The notes under the pieces: generated by a model | The model's input: the letters and a program-made list of their open reading frames with translations, nothing else | Databases searched by the model: none | What the model was told of the DNA's origin: nothing | Made by a program: the position numbers and the translations under genes | In this document: positions 9,661-19,519 of the stretch, piece after piece | Layout of the letters: each line of letters starts with the position of its first letter | Numbering within the stretch: the first letter of the stretch is position 1 | NCBI GenBank assembly: GCA_965205265.1 | Contig: CBDBGH010000003.1 | Coordinates: forward strand, 4,096,001 to 4,160,000 | Length of the DNA: 64,000 nt | Origin: Alphaproteobacteria bacterium | Lineage (GTDB): Bacteria; Pseudomonadota; Alphaproteobacteria; Bin95 | Direction of reading: 5' to 3'

Positions 9661-10761
9661 ATGCCGCCCATGTCCGCCCAAGCATCCGCCGAGACGGCCG
9701 CCGAGCCTGCGGTCACGACAACCGCCCGGGCCGCGCCCGTGCTGGACCAGCACCGCTTTCCCGAAGACCGGCTCGCCGGCTTCATGGCGCGGGAGGTCGA
9801 GGGCTTCCGGCCGCCGCTCCGGGTCTCGCAGTTCCGGGGCGGCATGTCGAACCCGACCTTCCTCTTGGAGGACGGCGGCGGGCGGCGCTACGTCATGCGC
9901 AAGAAGCCGCCGGGCCTGCTGCTGCCGTCGGCCCATGCGGTGGACCGCGAATACCGGGTGATCTCGGCGCTCGCGGAGACAGAGGTGCCGGTGGCGCGCG
10001 CTCTCGCGCTCTGCGAGGACGAGGCGGTGATCGGCCGCGCCTTCTACATCATGGAGCATGTCGAGGGGCGGGTGGCGCGCAACCTCATGCTGCCGGACAT
10101 GGCGCCGCCCGAGCGCGCCGCCATCTACGACGCCATGAATGCGGCGCTGGCGGCGCTCCACAATGTCGATTTCCGTGTCGTCGGGCTGGAGGGCTACGGG
10201 CGCGAGGGCGGCTACATGGCCCGGCAGGTGCGCCGCTGGTCCGGCCAGTACGAGATGAGCAAGACCGACGAGATCCCGGAGATGGACAATCTCGCCGCCT
10301 GGCTCGGCGCGAACATGCCGGCGGACGACGAGACCACGGTGGTGCATGGCGACTACCGGCTGGAGAACACGATCCTCCACCCGACCGAGCCGCGCGTGCT
10401 GGCCGTGGTGGACTGGGAGCTCGGCACGCTCGGCAACCCGCTCTCGGACCTCGCCTACAACTGCCTGCCTTACCATTCGGGCGACGATCTGCGCGGTTTC
10501 CTCGGCGCCATGGACCATGCGGAGACCGGCATCCCCTCCGAGGAGGACTATGTCGCCGCCTATTGCGCGCGCACCGGGCGCGGCGGCATCCCCGACTGGC
10601 CCTTCTACCTCGCCTTCTCCCTCTTCCGCCTCGCCGCCATCAGCCAGGGGGTCTACAAGCGCGGCCTCGACGGCAACGCCAGCTCCCCCGACGCCGTCCA
10701 GCGCGGCGCCAAGGCCCGGCAGCTGGCGGAGACGGGCTGGGCGATCGCGCAGCGGGGGTGA
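9661..10761 (+). CDS. Phosphotransferase (APH/ACAD10-like kinase fold)
   Basis: GGMSNPT, RKKPPG..LPSAHAVDRE, HGDYRLEN, DWELGTLG; exact start uncertain. Confidence 0.88.
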   Translation: MPPMSAQASAETAAEPAVTTTARAAPVLDQHRFPEDRLAGFMAREVEGFRPPLRVSQFRGGMSNPTFLLEDGGGRRYVMRKKPPGLLLPSAHAVDREYRVISALAETEVPVARALALCEDEAVIGRAFYIMEHVEGRVARNLMLPDMAPPERAAIYDAMNAALAALHNVDFRVVGLEGYGREGGYMARQVRRWSGQYEMSKTDEIPEMDNLAAWLGANMPADDETTVVHGDYRLENTILHPTEPRVLAVVDWELGTLGNPLSDLAYNCLPYHSGDDLRGFLGAMDHAETGIPSEEDYVAAYCARTGRGGIPDWPFYLAFSLFRLAAISQGVYKRGLDGNASSPDAVQRGAKARQLAETGWAIAQRG

Positions 10762-10970
10762 GGGGCGGCCTTGCCGGAGACGGCAGGCGAAGCCCGGCGG
10801 AGCCCCGGTGTTCCGCCCCAGATCGTTATGCTCCGACTTGTTCCATTGCTATCCGGCTGACGCCTTTTCTCGTCGCCCCGGCCGAAGAGGGCGTGACGAG
10901 CAGGGAGTGTCCGGGTATGACGGAAGGGGCCGGGGCGGCGATTGCAGGAACGAATGAGGCAGGCAAGGCG

Positions 10971-11129
10971 ATGACGAAGCTTGAGGACCTGAAGGCCCGT
11001 TTCATGGAGGACCCGGAGTTCCGCAGGGAATATGCGCAGGCCGACGAGGAATATACGCTGGTCGAGACCAAGTGCGACCAGCCTTCGCCACGCTGCGCCG
11101 CTACGCCGAAGCGGCTGGCACGAGGCTGA
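10971..11129 (+). pseudogene. Truncated XRE/HigA-like antitoxin N-terminus
   Basis: MTKLEDLKARFMEDPEFRREYAQADEEY resembles the leader of HTH antitoxins, but no HTH follows. Confidence 0.5.
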
Positions 11130-11180
11130 TGGCGAGTCTTGAGAGGGTCGCCGGCTGAGGCGCCGGAGCGGCATCCGCCT

Positions 11181-13280
11181 TCAATTGTCTCTCGCCTCTC
11201 CTTTCCGCACATAAAGCGTGCGTGTATCGGGGCGCCTGAATGTGTGCCAGCCCTTGTCCCTCTCCCCGAAAAGTTCCGTCATCGTGCCTTGGACAAGCCA
11301 GTAGGCCTTGTCTTTCCGGTCATCGAGCGTCTCCGGGAGCGCTTCTGCTATCGCCCCGACCAGATAACCCCATGCAACGCCGTCGCCCTCCAGCCGTTTC
11401 ATGATGCTTCGGTGTTCCCTCACGGCCTCCACGGCACGCTGCCGATAGTGAACTTCAAGATCCGGGCGATCCCCGTTACCGCTATCGTCGCCGGCGTCCG
11501 GTGCATTACCGGGCTGTGGTTCGCCGTCTTCTCCTCCGCCTATCCTCGTAGCCTTCCGCAGCGTTCCGGCGAATGTCGGCACCGGGCCCCGGGAGTGGTC
11601 GGGATCGGCCGGGCTGTAGCGCTCCTCGAATGACAGGGCGCGCATGGGCACCGGATAGGGCCTGCCGCCGACCGAGCTCCAGAACACGCCCTGGCCCACT
11701 ATCGGCTCGTTCAGCAGGGAGCTGAGAAGGTCGTCGCTGAAATGCGCGTTCGCCCGTTTCGCGCTTGCAAGGTCGCCGGCGGAAAGCAGGTGGAAAAGGA
11801 ACCAGTTGTCGCCCTGGCTCAATATCTCGTTCGGGATCGAGCCGGGCTGCTGGGTTATCAATAGCGCCCCAAGGTCGTATTTGCGCCCCTCCTTGACCCA
11901 CGCGATATAGGGCTCGGCCGCGGTCGAGCGGTTATTGAGAACCGATTGCGCCTCCTCGATCACCGCAATTGTGGGGATGGTGCGCGGCTCGGCCTTTGTG
12001 AACTCTTCCTGGTTGCGGTCGAATATCCGCCTGAGGACGATGCCCGCCAGGATGAAGGACTGCTCGCCGCGCATCTGCGAGACATCGACGACGCAGATTT
12101 TCCCCGCCTTGAGCGCCTTCATCAGGAGCCCCATGAATTGGCTGCTCCTGTCATGCAGCATGCCCACCACCCTCGCCATGTTGGACCGGGCCGCGATGGC
12201 TTCGACCTCCTGATTGGGCATGGTCAGGTTCAGGATTTCGCCGATCTCGTTCGGGTCGGCCCCGCCCTTGTCGCGGTCGATGAGATCGACCAGGCGCGTC
12301 CACCTTTCCCCGGACAGCGCCCGCAGCTTGGCGACGTTCTGCTGGTCCTGCCGTTCGGGCGGCAGGGCAATGGAAATGACGTCGGCCGGGCGCAATTGCC
12401 GGATATCGAGCTTGATGCCGCCGGCGACAAACGACCCATAATAGCCGCTCTCGGTCGAGCGCTCGGTGAAGACGACGAGCCTGTCCTGGAGGTGTGGCAC
12501 ATCGCAGAGGCCGGGCCTGCCCTTGTCGTCCGGCCAGAAATACTCGCCGTCGGGGTCGAAGATCACCGTGCCTACGGGGACCCGGCGCCCGCCGCGCTTC
12601 TCGACCGTGGGCGTTTCCTCGTAGAGCATGCTGAAAAGCAGCTTGTTCAGGTTCGACTTGCCGAAGCCTGCGCGGGCGAAAATGAAGCTGCGCCGGGACA
12701 CCAGGCTCGATATGGGGAAGCGGACCTCGATTTCCGGCGATTCGACGCGCATCCAGTCGTCCGCCGGCCTGTCCGGCGCATCGCCCGTATAGATATACTC
12801 GCCGAGCGCGAAATGGCCAATCGCCGCGCCGTCGTCATGATGCCCGCACACTTCCCGCAGCACCTCGCCGGAAGGGAACGCCACGGGGCTGCCGACATGC
12901 GGAAGGCGCCGGTGCGACGGCACGAAGACCGGGCGGCCGCCGCCGCTGTTCCGCAACACGCCGAGCACGCGGATATGCAGCCGGTACCTCAGATATTGCT
13001 CCCTGATATCCTCCGGAACCGGGCGCGCTTCCTGGACCGCGCGTATGTTGTATTCCTCGCCCGTGCCGAAGGACAGCTTGCCCTCCGAAGAGAAGGACGC
13101 GATGCGGCCCAATACCGCCTCGTCCGGCGTTTCGAGCTGGACAAGCACGAACTGGCCGTGCATCGGGCCGCGCTGAAGGTCGTTGCGGTAAGGCACCACC
13201 AGGTCGGCCTGAAACTCCAGCCCGCCCTCTCGGAAGCCGCGAAAGACCCCGGCGACCTGCTGCTCCGGAAACAACTCCAT
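11181..13280 (-). CDS. herA: HerA/FtsK-superfamily ATPase with N-terminal HAS-barrel-like region
   Basis: Walker A ARAGFGKS, IFDPDGEY, Walker B AVIEEAQ, KEGRKY arginine finger, ITQQP. Confidence 0.85.
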   Translation of the reverse strand: MELFPEQQVAGVFRGFREGGLEFQADLVVPYRNDLQRGPMHGQFVLVQLETPDEAVLGRIASFSSEGKLSFGTGEEYNIRAVQEARPVPEDIREQYLRYRLHIRVLGVLRNSGGGRPVFVPSHRRLPHVGSPVAFPSGEVLREVCGHHDDGAAIGHFALGEYIYTGDAPDRPADDWMRVESPEIEVRFPISSLVSRRSFIFARAGFGKSNLNKLLFSMLYEETPTVEKRGGRRVPVGTVIFDPDGEYFWPDDKGRPGLCDVPHLQDRLVVFTERSTESGYYGSFVAGGIKLDIRQLRPADVISIALPPERQDQQNVAKLRALSGERWTRLVDLIDRDKGGADPNEIGEILNLTMPNQEVEAIAARSNMARVVGMLHDRSSQFMGLLMKALKAGKICVVDVSQMRGEQSFILAGIVLRRIFDRNQEEFTKAEPRTIPTIAVIEEAQSVLNNRSTAAEPYIAWVKEGRKYDLGALLITQQPGSIPNEILSQGDNWFLFHLLSAGDLASAKRANAHFSDDLLSSLLNEPIVGQGVFWSSVGGRPYPVPMRALSFEERYSPADPDHSRGPVPTFAGTLRKATRIGGGEDGEPQPGNAPDAGDDSGNGDRPDLEVHYRQRAVEAVREHRSIMKRLEGDGVAWGYLVGAIAEALPETLDDRKDKAYWLVQGTMTELFGERDKGWHTFRRPDTRTLYVRKGEARDN

Positions 13281-13297
13281 GATTATCCTTCCGGCTG

Positions 13298-14434
13298 TTA
13301 CCGGCGCGACACCGGGTCGGCGTCCTGCAATTGAATCACATCGAGTGCCGGCGCCTCGGCTCCCAGCGCCTGGCGCAGGCCGGCGAAAACCATGTCTTGC
13401 AGAATGTCCATGTCGAAACCCGCGAGCGCCGCATTTTCATGCGCCTTTTGCAGCGACCGGGGATAGAACGGCACCGGGAAGCCGTCCATCGCGTCGTCCA
13501 GCAGGGTGCCGAAAACCCTCGAATGGTCGGAGGATTGCGGCAGGAATATATCGACCGGCCATATCGGATCGTGCGGGCTGTTGCCGAATTTGACGAAAAA
13601 CATCTTCCCGGCAACGAACCTGTTGATCTCGCCGCCAGCGCCCAGATTGTCGTCTCCCCTGGCATAGTCGGTCCAGATATATGCCTGCTCCTCCAGCGCC
13701 CGCGGGATTTCCAGGTAACAGGGAAAGGACGACTGCATCACCTTTTCCAGCGCCATGGCGAGGCGGTACCGGTCGAGGACCTTGCTGCGCTTGGCGACGC
13801 CGACGAGATAGATGCGGCGCCTGTAGGCCTCGAATTGGCGCTCGATGCCTTCCTGGAGTCCTTCGCGGTATTTCCGGAACAGGTCCCCCGCGAAGGCATA
13901 GCTGCGCAGGAACCCGTCGAACACGATCAGCGTGTCGGTGGCGAAGTCCTTTTCCCGGACGATGGCGAAGAGCGTCGCCCATTCGACCAATTCGCGATAG
14001 ACCTCAACCCAGCGCGGCGAATTCGGCCTGCCGGAGCCGACCGGGCGAATCATGTGGCTGAGTTCGGACAGGTTCCCGACGCCGAGATATTGCATCATCC
14101 GCCCGAGCGCCGTCGGTCCTTCCGGGCCGGAAAACTGGCCGGCGGACAGGCCGGCGACGCTCATGGTCGGCGAAACCGCCTCCAAGCAATGCTCATTGTT
14201 GGCGCTATCGACGACGCGGACGAGTTGAACGAGAAAGGGATCGAAACGGAGCTGGTTGTTGCCGCCGTCCGCTGCGACGATCGAGACCGATGCCGCGGTT
14301 CGCGGGAAAATCCGCACTATCCGGGAAGCCAGCGGCCGCACATCGGCACGCAGCCGGTCGAGAACCGCGCAGTCTTCACCGATCTGGCGGGCGATCCCGT
14401 CCCGCAAGGCGCTTTGGCTGGCAGGCTCCAGCAT
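13298..14434 (-). CDS. NurA-like nuclease (RNase H fold)
   Basis: VAADGG, IVFDG, VGVAKRS, YPRSLQKAHENA; directly upstream of herA. Confidence 0.72.
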   Translation of the reverse strand: MLEPASQSALRDGIARQIGEDCAVLDRLRADVRPLASRIVRIFPRTAASVSIVAADGGNNQLRFDPFLVQLVRVVDSANNEHCLEAVSPTMSVAGLSAGQFSGPEGPTALGRMMQYLGVGNLSELSHMIRPVGSGRPNSPRWVEVYRELVEWATLFAIVREKDFATDTLIVFDGFLRSYAFAGDLFRKYREGLQEGIERQFEAYRRRIYLVGVAKRSKVLDRYRLAMALEKVMQSSFPCYLEIPRALEEQAYIWTDYARGDDNLGAGGEINRFVAGKMFFVKFGNSPHDPIWPVDIFLPQSSDHSRVFGTLLDDAMDGFPVPFYPRSLQKAHENAALAGFDMDILQDMVFAGLRQALGAEAPALDVIQLQDADPVSRR

Positions 14435-14629
14435 TTCCCCGATATGCCGCTTTGTTTCTTCCCCCTAGAGTTCGCAGCATACCAAGGAAAGGCGCGGGAT
14501 CAAAAACGCGGCTCCGGTCTTCGGTCCTGCCGCTGATTGGGGAACGGGGGCGGCCGCTACCGTCGGGCGGCCTTGCGCCTGCGGTAGAGGCGGGCGAAGC
14601 GGCGGCCGCGCTCCAGGCCGCTCTTCCGT

Positions 14630-15829
14630 TCAGATCACCCCTTCTTCCCTGAGCCGCGCGGCGGTATTGCTATCGATGCCGCAATGCTCCGCCAGCACCT
14701 CTTCGGAATGCTCGCCCAGCGTCGGCGGGCGGCGGATGTCGGCGGGGGAGGCGGAGAGCTTGATCGGGCAGCCGACCGTCTTGTAGGCCCCGCGGCCGGG
14801 GTAATCGACTTCCACGATCATCTCCCGCTCGCGCAGATGCGGGTCGGCCAGCACCTCGCCCGTGTCCTGGCAGGCCCCGCAGGGCACCCCGGCGGCGCCG
14901 AGCAGCTTCATCACCTCGAACTTGGTCCGCTGGCGAGTCCAGCTTTCCACCAGCGCATTGTATTCCTCGCGGTGCTCCCAGCGGCCCTGGGGCGTCTCGA
15001 AGCGCGGGTCGTCGAGCTCCGGTATGTCCACGACGCGCCGGAAGCCCTCATACATCTGCGGCTGGCAGAAGATATAGACATAGTCGTTCGGGCCGCCCGG
15101 CGCGCAGGGATAGGTGGTGCCGGGCACGGTCTGGCCGAGCTGGTTGCCGCGCCGGGGCTGCACCATGCCCTGGCGCTGGTGGTCGCGCAGGCTGACGCGC
15201 AATATGTTGACCACCGCCTCCTGCATCGCGACCTCGACCTTCTGGCCCCGGCCCGTGGCGTGGCGCTGCTGGAGCGCGGCGAGCAGGCCGATGGCGAGAT
15301 GCATGCCGGTGCCCGAATCGCCGATGGCGGGCCAGGTGTAGGTCGGCGGGTTCTCCGGGAAGCCGGTGACGCTCATCGCCCCGCCCATGGCCTGGGCGAT
15401 GGGCTCGAACGCCTTGTAGCCGGAATTGGGCCCGTAGCTGCCGAAGCCCTTGATGGTGCCGTAGATGAGGCGGGGATTGATCTCCGAGAGCACGTCGTAG
15501 CCGAGGCCGAGCCGGTCGAGCGCGCCCGGCGAGAAGTTCTCGACCAGCATGTCCACCTCGGCGATCAGCTTTTTGAACAGCGCCTTGCCGTCCTCCGTCT
15601 TGAGGTTCAGCGTCAGGCTCTTCTTGTTGGCGTTCAGCACCAGGAAGAACAGCCCGTCCTGGCCCGGAATGTCCGGCATCGCCCGGCGGGCGGCCTCGCC
15701 CCGTCCCGGCTCCTCCAGCTTGATGACCTCGGCGCCGAGCCACGCCAGCACCTGCGTGCAGGCGGGGCCCGCCTGGTTGTGGGTCATGTCGATGATTCTG
15801 ACGCCGTTCAGGGCCGCGCTCATGGGCAC
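14630..15829 (-). CDS. Family III CoA transferase (CaiB/BaiF, formyl-CoA transferase-like)
   Basis: DMTHNQAGP, NANKKSLTLNLK, VENF, IGDSGTG. Confidence 0.9.
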   Translation of the reverse strand: MPMSAALNGVRIIDMTHNQAGPACTQVLAWLGAEVIKLEEPGRGEAARRAMPDIPGQDGLFFLVLNANKKSLTLNLKTEDGKALFKKLIAEVDMLVENFSPGALDRLGLGYDVLSEINPRLIYGTIKGFGSYGPNSGYKAFEPIAQAMGGAMSVTGFPENPPTYTWPAIGDSGTGMHLAIGLLAALQQRHATGRGQKVEVAMQEAVVNILRVSLRDHQRQGMVQPRRGNQLGQTVPGTTYPCAPGGPNDYVYIFCQPQMYEGFRRVVDIPELDDPRFETPQGRWEHREEYNALVESWTRQRTKFEVMKLLGAAGVPCGACQDTGEVLADPHLREREMIVEVDYPGRGAYKTVGCPIKLSASPADIRRPPTLGEHSEEVLAEHCGIDSNTAARLREEGVI

Positions 15830-15873
15830 CGCTCCTCCTTGTCCTTGCCGCCGGGCCGGCTATGCTCGCCGCC

Positions 15874-16683
15874 ATGACGCAGCAAATTCCGGGGGCGGTC
15901 AACGGGTCGGCGTTCGGCGCCGGCGGCTGGGAGATCGACATCCTCGTCACCGGCTTCCCCGGCAAATCGGTCCGTCACGGCTCGCTCGGCTGGAGCACCG
16001 TCGCGCTGATCCGGCGCGGAGAGCGGCTGGCGCTGGTGGATTGCGGCGCCTTTGGCCACCGCAAGCTGCTCATGGCGGAGCTTGCCGCGCGCGGCCTCGG
16101 GCCGTCGGACATCACCGACCTGCTGCTGACCCACACGCACTACGACCATGCGGTCAACTGGGTGCTGTTCCCGAAGGCGCGGGTGGCGGTGGGCGCGGTC
16201 GAGCTCGACTGGGCGCTCGGAGAGCCCTGGGGCGAAACGGTGGTGCCGGAGCTCTATGTGCGCGAGCTCGGCCTCTTCCCGAAGACGGAGCGGGTTGCCG
16301 ACGGCGGCGAGGTGTTCCCCGGCATCGCGGCGCATCTGGCGCCGGGGCACACGCCGGGCTGCCTGGTGTTCCGCCTCGCCGGGGCGGAGCGCGACGTCGT
16401 GTTCACGGGCGACGCCGCCAAGAACCGCGCCGAGCTCGTCTCCGGCGATGTGGACATGACCTACGACGCCGCCGTCTCGCGCGCCTCCATCGAGATGATC
16501 CACGGGCTCTGGCGCGCCAGGCCGGGCACGGTGCTGATTCCGGGCCACGACCTGCCGATGGTGCTGGGCGCGGACGGCAGGCCCGCCTATCTCGGCCGGC
16601 GCGAGGCGGCCATCGACGCCTGGTTCGGCGACGGCATGGGCGAGGTGACCCGTTTCCAACTGACCCTGGAGGGGCGCGCATGA
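15874..16683 (+). CDS. Metallo-beta-lactamase fold hydrolase
   Basis: THTHYDH, PGHTPG, FTGD, PGHD. Confidence 0.88.
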   Translation: MTQQIPGAVNGSAFGAGGWEIDILVTGFPGKSVRHGSLGWSTVALIRRGERLALVDCGAFGHRKLLMAELAARGLGPSDITDLLLTHTHYDHAVNWVLFPKARVAVGAVELDWALGEPWGETVVPELYVRELGLFPKTERVADGGEVFPGIAAHLAPGHTPGCLVFRLAGAERDVVFTGDAAKNRAELVSGDVDMTYDAAVSRASIEMIHGLWRARPGTVLIPGHDLPMVLGADGRPAYLGRREAAIDAWFGDGMGEVTRFQLTLEGRA

Positions 16684-17522
16684 CCCCGCTTCACCCCGAA
16701 TTCGGCGTGCGGCTCGAAAGCCGGCCTATCTCCGGCCTCGACATGGAGGCGGTGCGGGCCGCCATCGACCGCTATTCCTTCGTGCATGTGCCGGGCGCGG
16801 CGGAAGGGGACGAGGCGCATCTCGCCTTCACCCGCAAGCTGGGCGAGCCCGAGGCGAACCACGTCGCGCTCGGTCGCGAAGGGCGGATCGAGTATTTCGG
16901 CACCATCGGCAATGTGCTCGACGACGGCACGGTGGCGGGCAACGCCCACAAGCGCACGATCTTCCAGACCGGCAACAATATGTGGCACTCGGATTCCTCC
17001 TTCCGCGCCGTGCCGTCCTTCGTGTCGATCATGTGCGCCTACGAGACGCCGGAGGAGGGCGGGGAGACGCTGTTCGTCAGCCAGCGCGCGGCCTGGGACC
17101 GGCTGGAGGAGGACGAGCAGGAGCGGCTCCGCCCGCTGGTCTGCATCCACGACTATGTGTTCTCGCGCTCCAAGGTGGCGCCCGACGCGGTGACGCCCTC
17201 GCATGCCGCCTCGCTGCCGCCGGTGCGCCAGCGGCTGGTGCGCCGCAATCCGGGGACCGGGGCGGAAAACCTCTATGTCGGCTCGCATGCCCGCGAGATC
17301 GAGGGCTGGGCGTTCGAGGACAGCCGCGCGCTGCTGGACGGGCTGGTGGAGGAGATGACGGCGGAAGACCATGTGCTGAGCCACCGCTGGCAGCCGGGCG
17401 ACCTCGTCATCTGGGACAATCGCTGCCTGCTGCACCGGGGCGCGGGCTACGACGCCGACCGCTTCCGCCGCCGCATGCGCCAGACCCGCGTCACCGGCGC
17501 CGGCCCGACGCTGGAGGAATAG
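16680..17522 (+). CDS. TauD/TfdA family 2-oxoglutarate/Fe(II) dioxygenase
   Basis: WHSDSSF, GGETLF, WDNRCLLHR; ATG overlaps the upstream stop. Confidence 0.9.
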   Translation: MTPLHPEFGVRLESRPISGLDMEAVRAAIDRYSFVHVPGAAEGDEAHLAFTRKLGEPEANHVALGREGRIEYFGTIGNVLDDGTVAGNAHKRTIFQTGNNMWHSDSSFRAVPSFVSIMCAYETPEEGGETLFVSQRAAWDRLEEDEQERLRPLVCIHDYVFSRSKVAPDAVTPSHAASLPPVRQRLVRRNPGTGAENLYVGSHAREIEGWAFEDSRALLDGLVEEMTAEDHVLSHRWQPGDLVIWDNRCLLHRGAGYDADRFRRRMRQTRVTGAGPTLEE

Positions 17523-17603
17523 CGCCGGGCCGAATCAGCGACCGCCCGAATTCTATTCGGTTGACGCCTGTGGTAGTGTAACTACATATTTGTTGTTATG
17601 ATT
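17522..17603 (+). repeat. 82-bp target-site duplication, left copy
   Basis: Identical to 19520-19601; abuts the left terminal inverted repeat. Confidence 0.95.
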
Positions 17604-19519
17604 CCTGACTTCGACGGTTGGGCTGACTTCTGACCGATCTCGCGTCTGGAGTTTTCAGTAAAGCCAATGAGTTGGCAGTTGCGGTGCGGTCAAGCTGCGT
17701 TGTAGTGCCTAGTAAATCTTTGAGACTGTCAATGCCTCCGCCACGCGCTACACTCCCCCCATGTTCGTGCGCATCAAGACCTCCCCCAACAGCCCGCGAC
17801 GCTCGGTCCAGATCGTCGAGGCCGTGCGCGACGGCGGCAAGGTCCGACAGCGCATCGTCCGCCATGTCGGCGTGGCCATGGACGAGGACGAGCTCGAGCG
17901 CCTGAGGCAGCTCGGCGAGTACGTCAAGGCGAAGCTGGAGGACGAGCGTCAGCCGGCATTGTTTGCGCCCGAGAAGATCGCTGAGCAGGCGATCCGTGTC
18001 GGCCGCCGGGGGGACGGCAAGGAGGAACTCCCGGTCGACCTCAAGCAGCTTGAAGAGGAGCAGCGCCTGATCACAGGCATCCACGAGGTCTATGGCGAGA
18101 TCTACCGGCTGCTGGGCCTCGACGCGCTGCTGCCGCGCTCGCGCTACCGGGCCTCCCATGACGCGCTGTTCCATGTGGTGATGGCGCGGGTAGCCAACCC
18201 CGACAGCAAGCGGGGCAGCGTGCGCCGGCTCGAGGAGGACTTCGGCGTGAGTCTTCCGCTCGAGAAGGTCTACCGGATGATGGATCAGCTCGACGCGACG
18301 GTGATCGAGCGACTGCGCACGCGCGTCGGCGAGGCGAGCCGGTCGCTGCTGCCGGAGCCGGTCGCGATCCTCTTCTTCGATTGCACCACGCTCTACTTCG
18401 AGACGGCCGCCGAGGACGAGCTTCGCCAGCACGGCTTCAGCAAGGACGGCAAACACAAGGACTCGCAGGTTCTGCTGGCGCTGATGGTGACGCGCGAAGG
18501 GCTGCCGATCAGCTACGAGGTCTTCCCCGGCGCCACCTACGAGGGACACAGCATGGTCCCGGTCCTGCAGGACATGCAGCGCCGCCACCAGGTGGAGCGC
18601 ACGGTATGCGTGGCCGACCGGGGCATGCTGAGCGCCGACAACCTCGACGCCATGGACGCCATCGGCGGCGAGTATGTCGTCGGCGCGCGGCTGCGCAAGC
18701 TGCCGCTCGCGCTGCTGGGGCAGGTTCTCGACCCCGGGACCTATGCCCCGCTGGAGGGCTCACAGGACCGCCGGGTCGGCGAGTGGGAGTACAAGGGCCG
18801 TCGCCTGATCGTCGTCTTCTGCCCCCAGCGCGCACGCAAGGACGCGCACGAGCGCCGCCATCAGGTGGAACGCCTGCTCGACAGGCTGGCCCGCAGCGAC
18901 AATCCCAGGGAACTGCTCTCCAATCACGGGGCGAAGCGCTTCATCGCCGTCGAGGGCGACGCACGGCTCACGGTGAACCCGGAGAAGATCGCCGAGGCCG
19001 CACGATGGGACGGGCTCACCGGCGTCATCACCAATCTGCGCGACGCGCGCGTCACCGAAGTGATGGCTCACTACCAGGGGCTCTGGCAGGTCGAGGAGAG
19101 CTTCCGGATCACCAAACACGACCTGAAGATACGTCCCATCTGGCACTGGAACCCGGACCGGATCCGCGCTCACATCGCCATCGCCTTCCTGGCCTTCGCC
19201 TGCGTTCGACACCTTGCGTACCGCGTCGCCATCCAGAAGCGGCGGATGTCCCCGGAGGTCATCCGCTCCGCCCTCGTCCACCGCCAGTGCTCCCTGCTGC
19301 GCTGTCGGCAATCGGGCAACCGCTACGTCATCCCCTCGAAGCCGACACCGGCGGCGGAGCAGATTTACGCAACCATGGGGCTGCCCCTGACGATCACCCC
19401 GTATCAACTCGCCTGACCGTCGACGAAGCACGGCTCGAAGAAATGCCGGATGTAGTGCCTAGCCGAAATGAGAACCAGGCAATATCAACTACTTATGCGA
19501 ATCAACCGTCGAAGTCAGG
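17604..19519 (+). mobile_element. IS1634-family insertion sequence (1916 bp)
   Basis: Perfect 17-bp inverted repeats CCTGACTTCGACGGTTG (17604-17620) and CAACCGTCGAAGTCAGG (19503-19519), one DDE transposase, long flanking direct repeats. Confidence 0.92.
17761..19416 (+). CDS. IS1634-family DDE transposase
   Basis: MFVRIK..IVEAVRDGGKVRQR N-terminus, FFDCTTLYFE, GFSKDGK, VADRG, WQVEESFRITK. Confidence 0.92.
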   Translation: MFVRIKTSPNSPRRSVQIVEAVRDGGKVRQRIVRHVGVAMDEDELERLRQLGEYVKAKLEDERQPALFAPEKIAEQAIRVGRRGDGKEELPVDLKQLEEEQRLITGIHEVYGEIYRLLGLDALLPRSRYRASHDALFHVVMARVANPDSKRGSVRRLEEDFGVSLPLEKVYRMMDQLDATVIERLRTRVGEASRSLLPEPVAILFFDCTTLYFETAAEDELRQHGFSKDGKHKDSQVLLALMVTREGLPISYEVFPGATYEGHSMVPVLQDMQRRHQVERTVCVADRGMLSADNLDAMDAIGGEYVVGARLRKLPLALLGQVLDPGTYAPLEGSQDRRVGEWEYKGRRLIVVFCPQRARKDAHERRHQVERLLDRLARSDNPRELLSNHGAKRFIAVEGDARLTVNPEKIAEAARWDGLTGVITNLRDARVTEVMAHYQGLWQVEESFRITKHDLKIRPIWHWNPDRIRAHIAIAFLAFACVRHLAYRVAIQKRRMSPEVIRSALVHRQCSLLRCRQSGNRYVIPSKPTPAAEQIYATMGLPLTITPYQLA

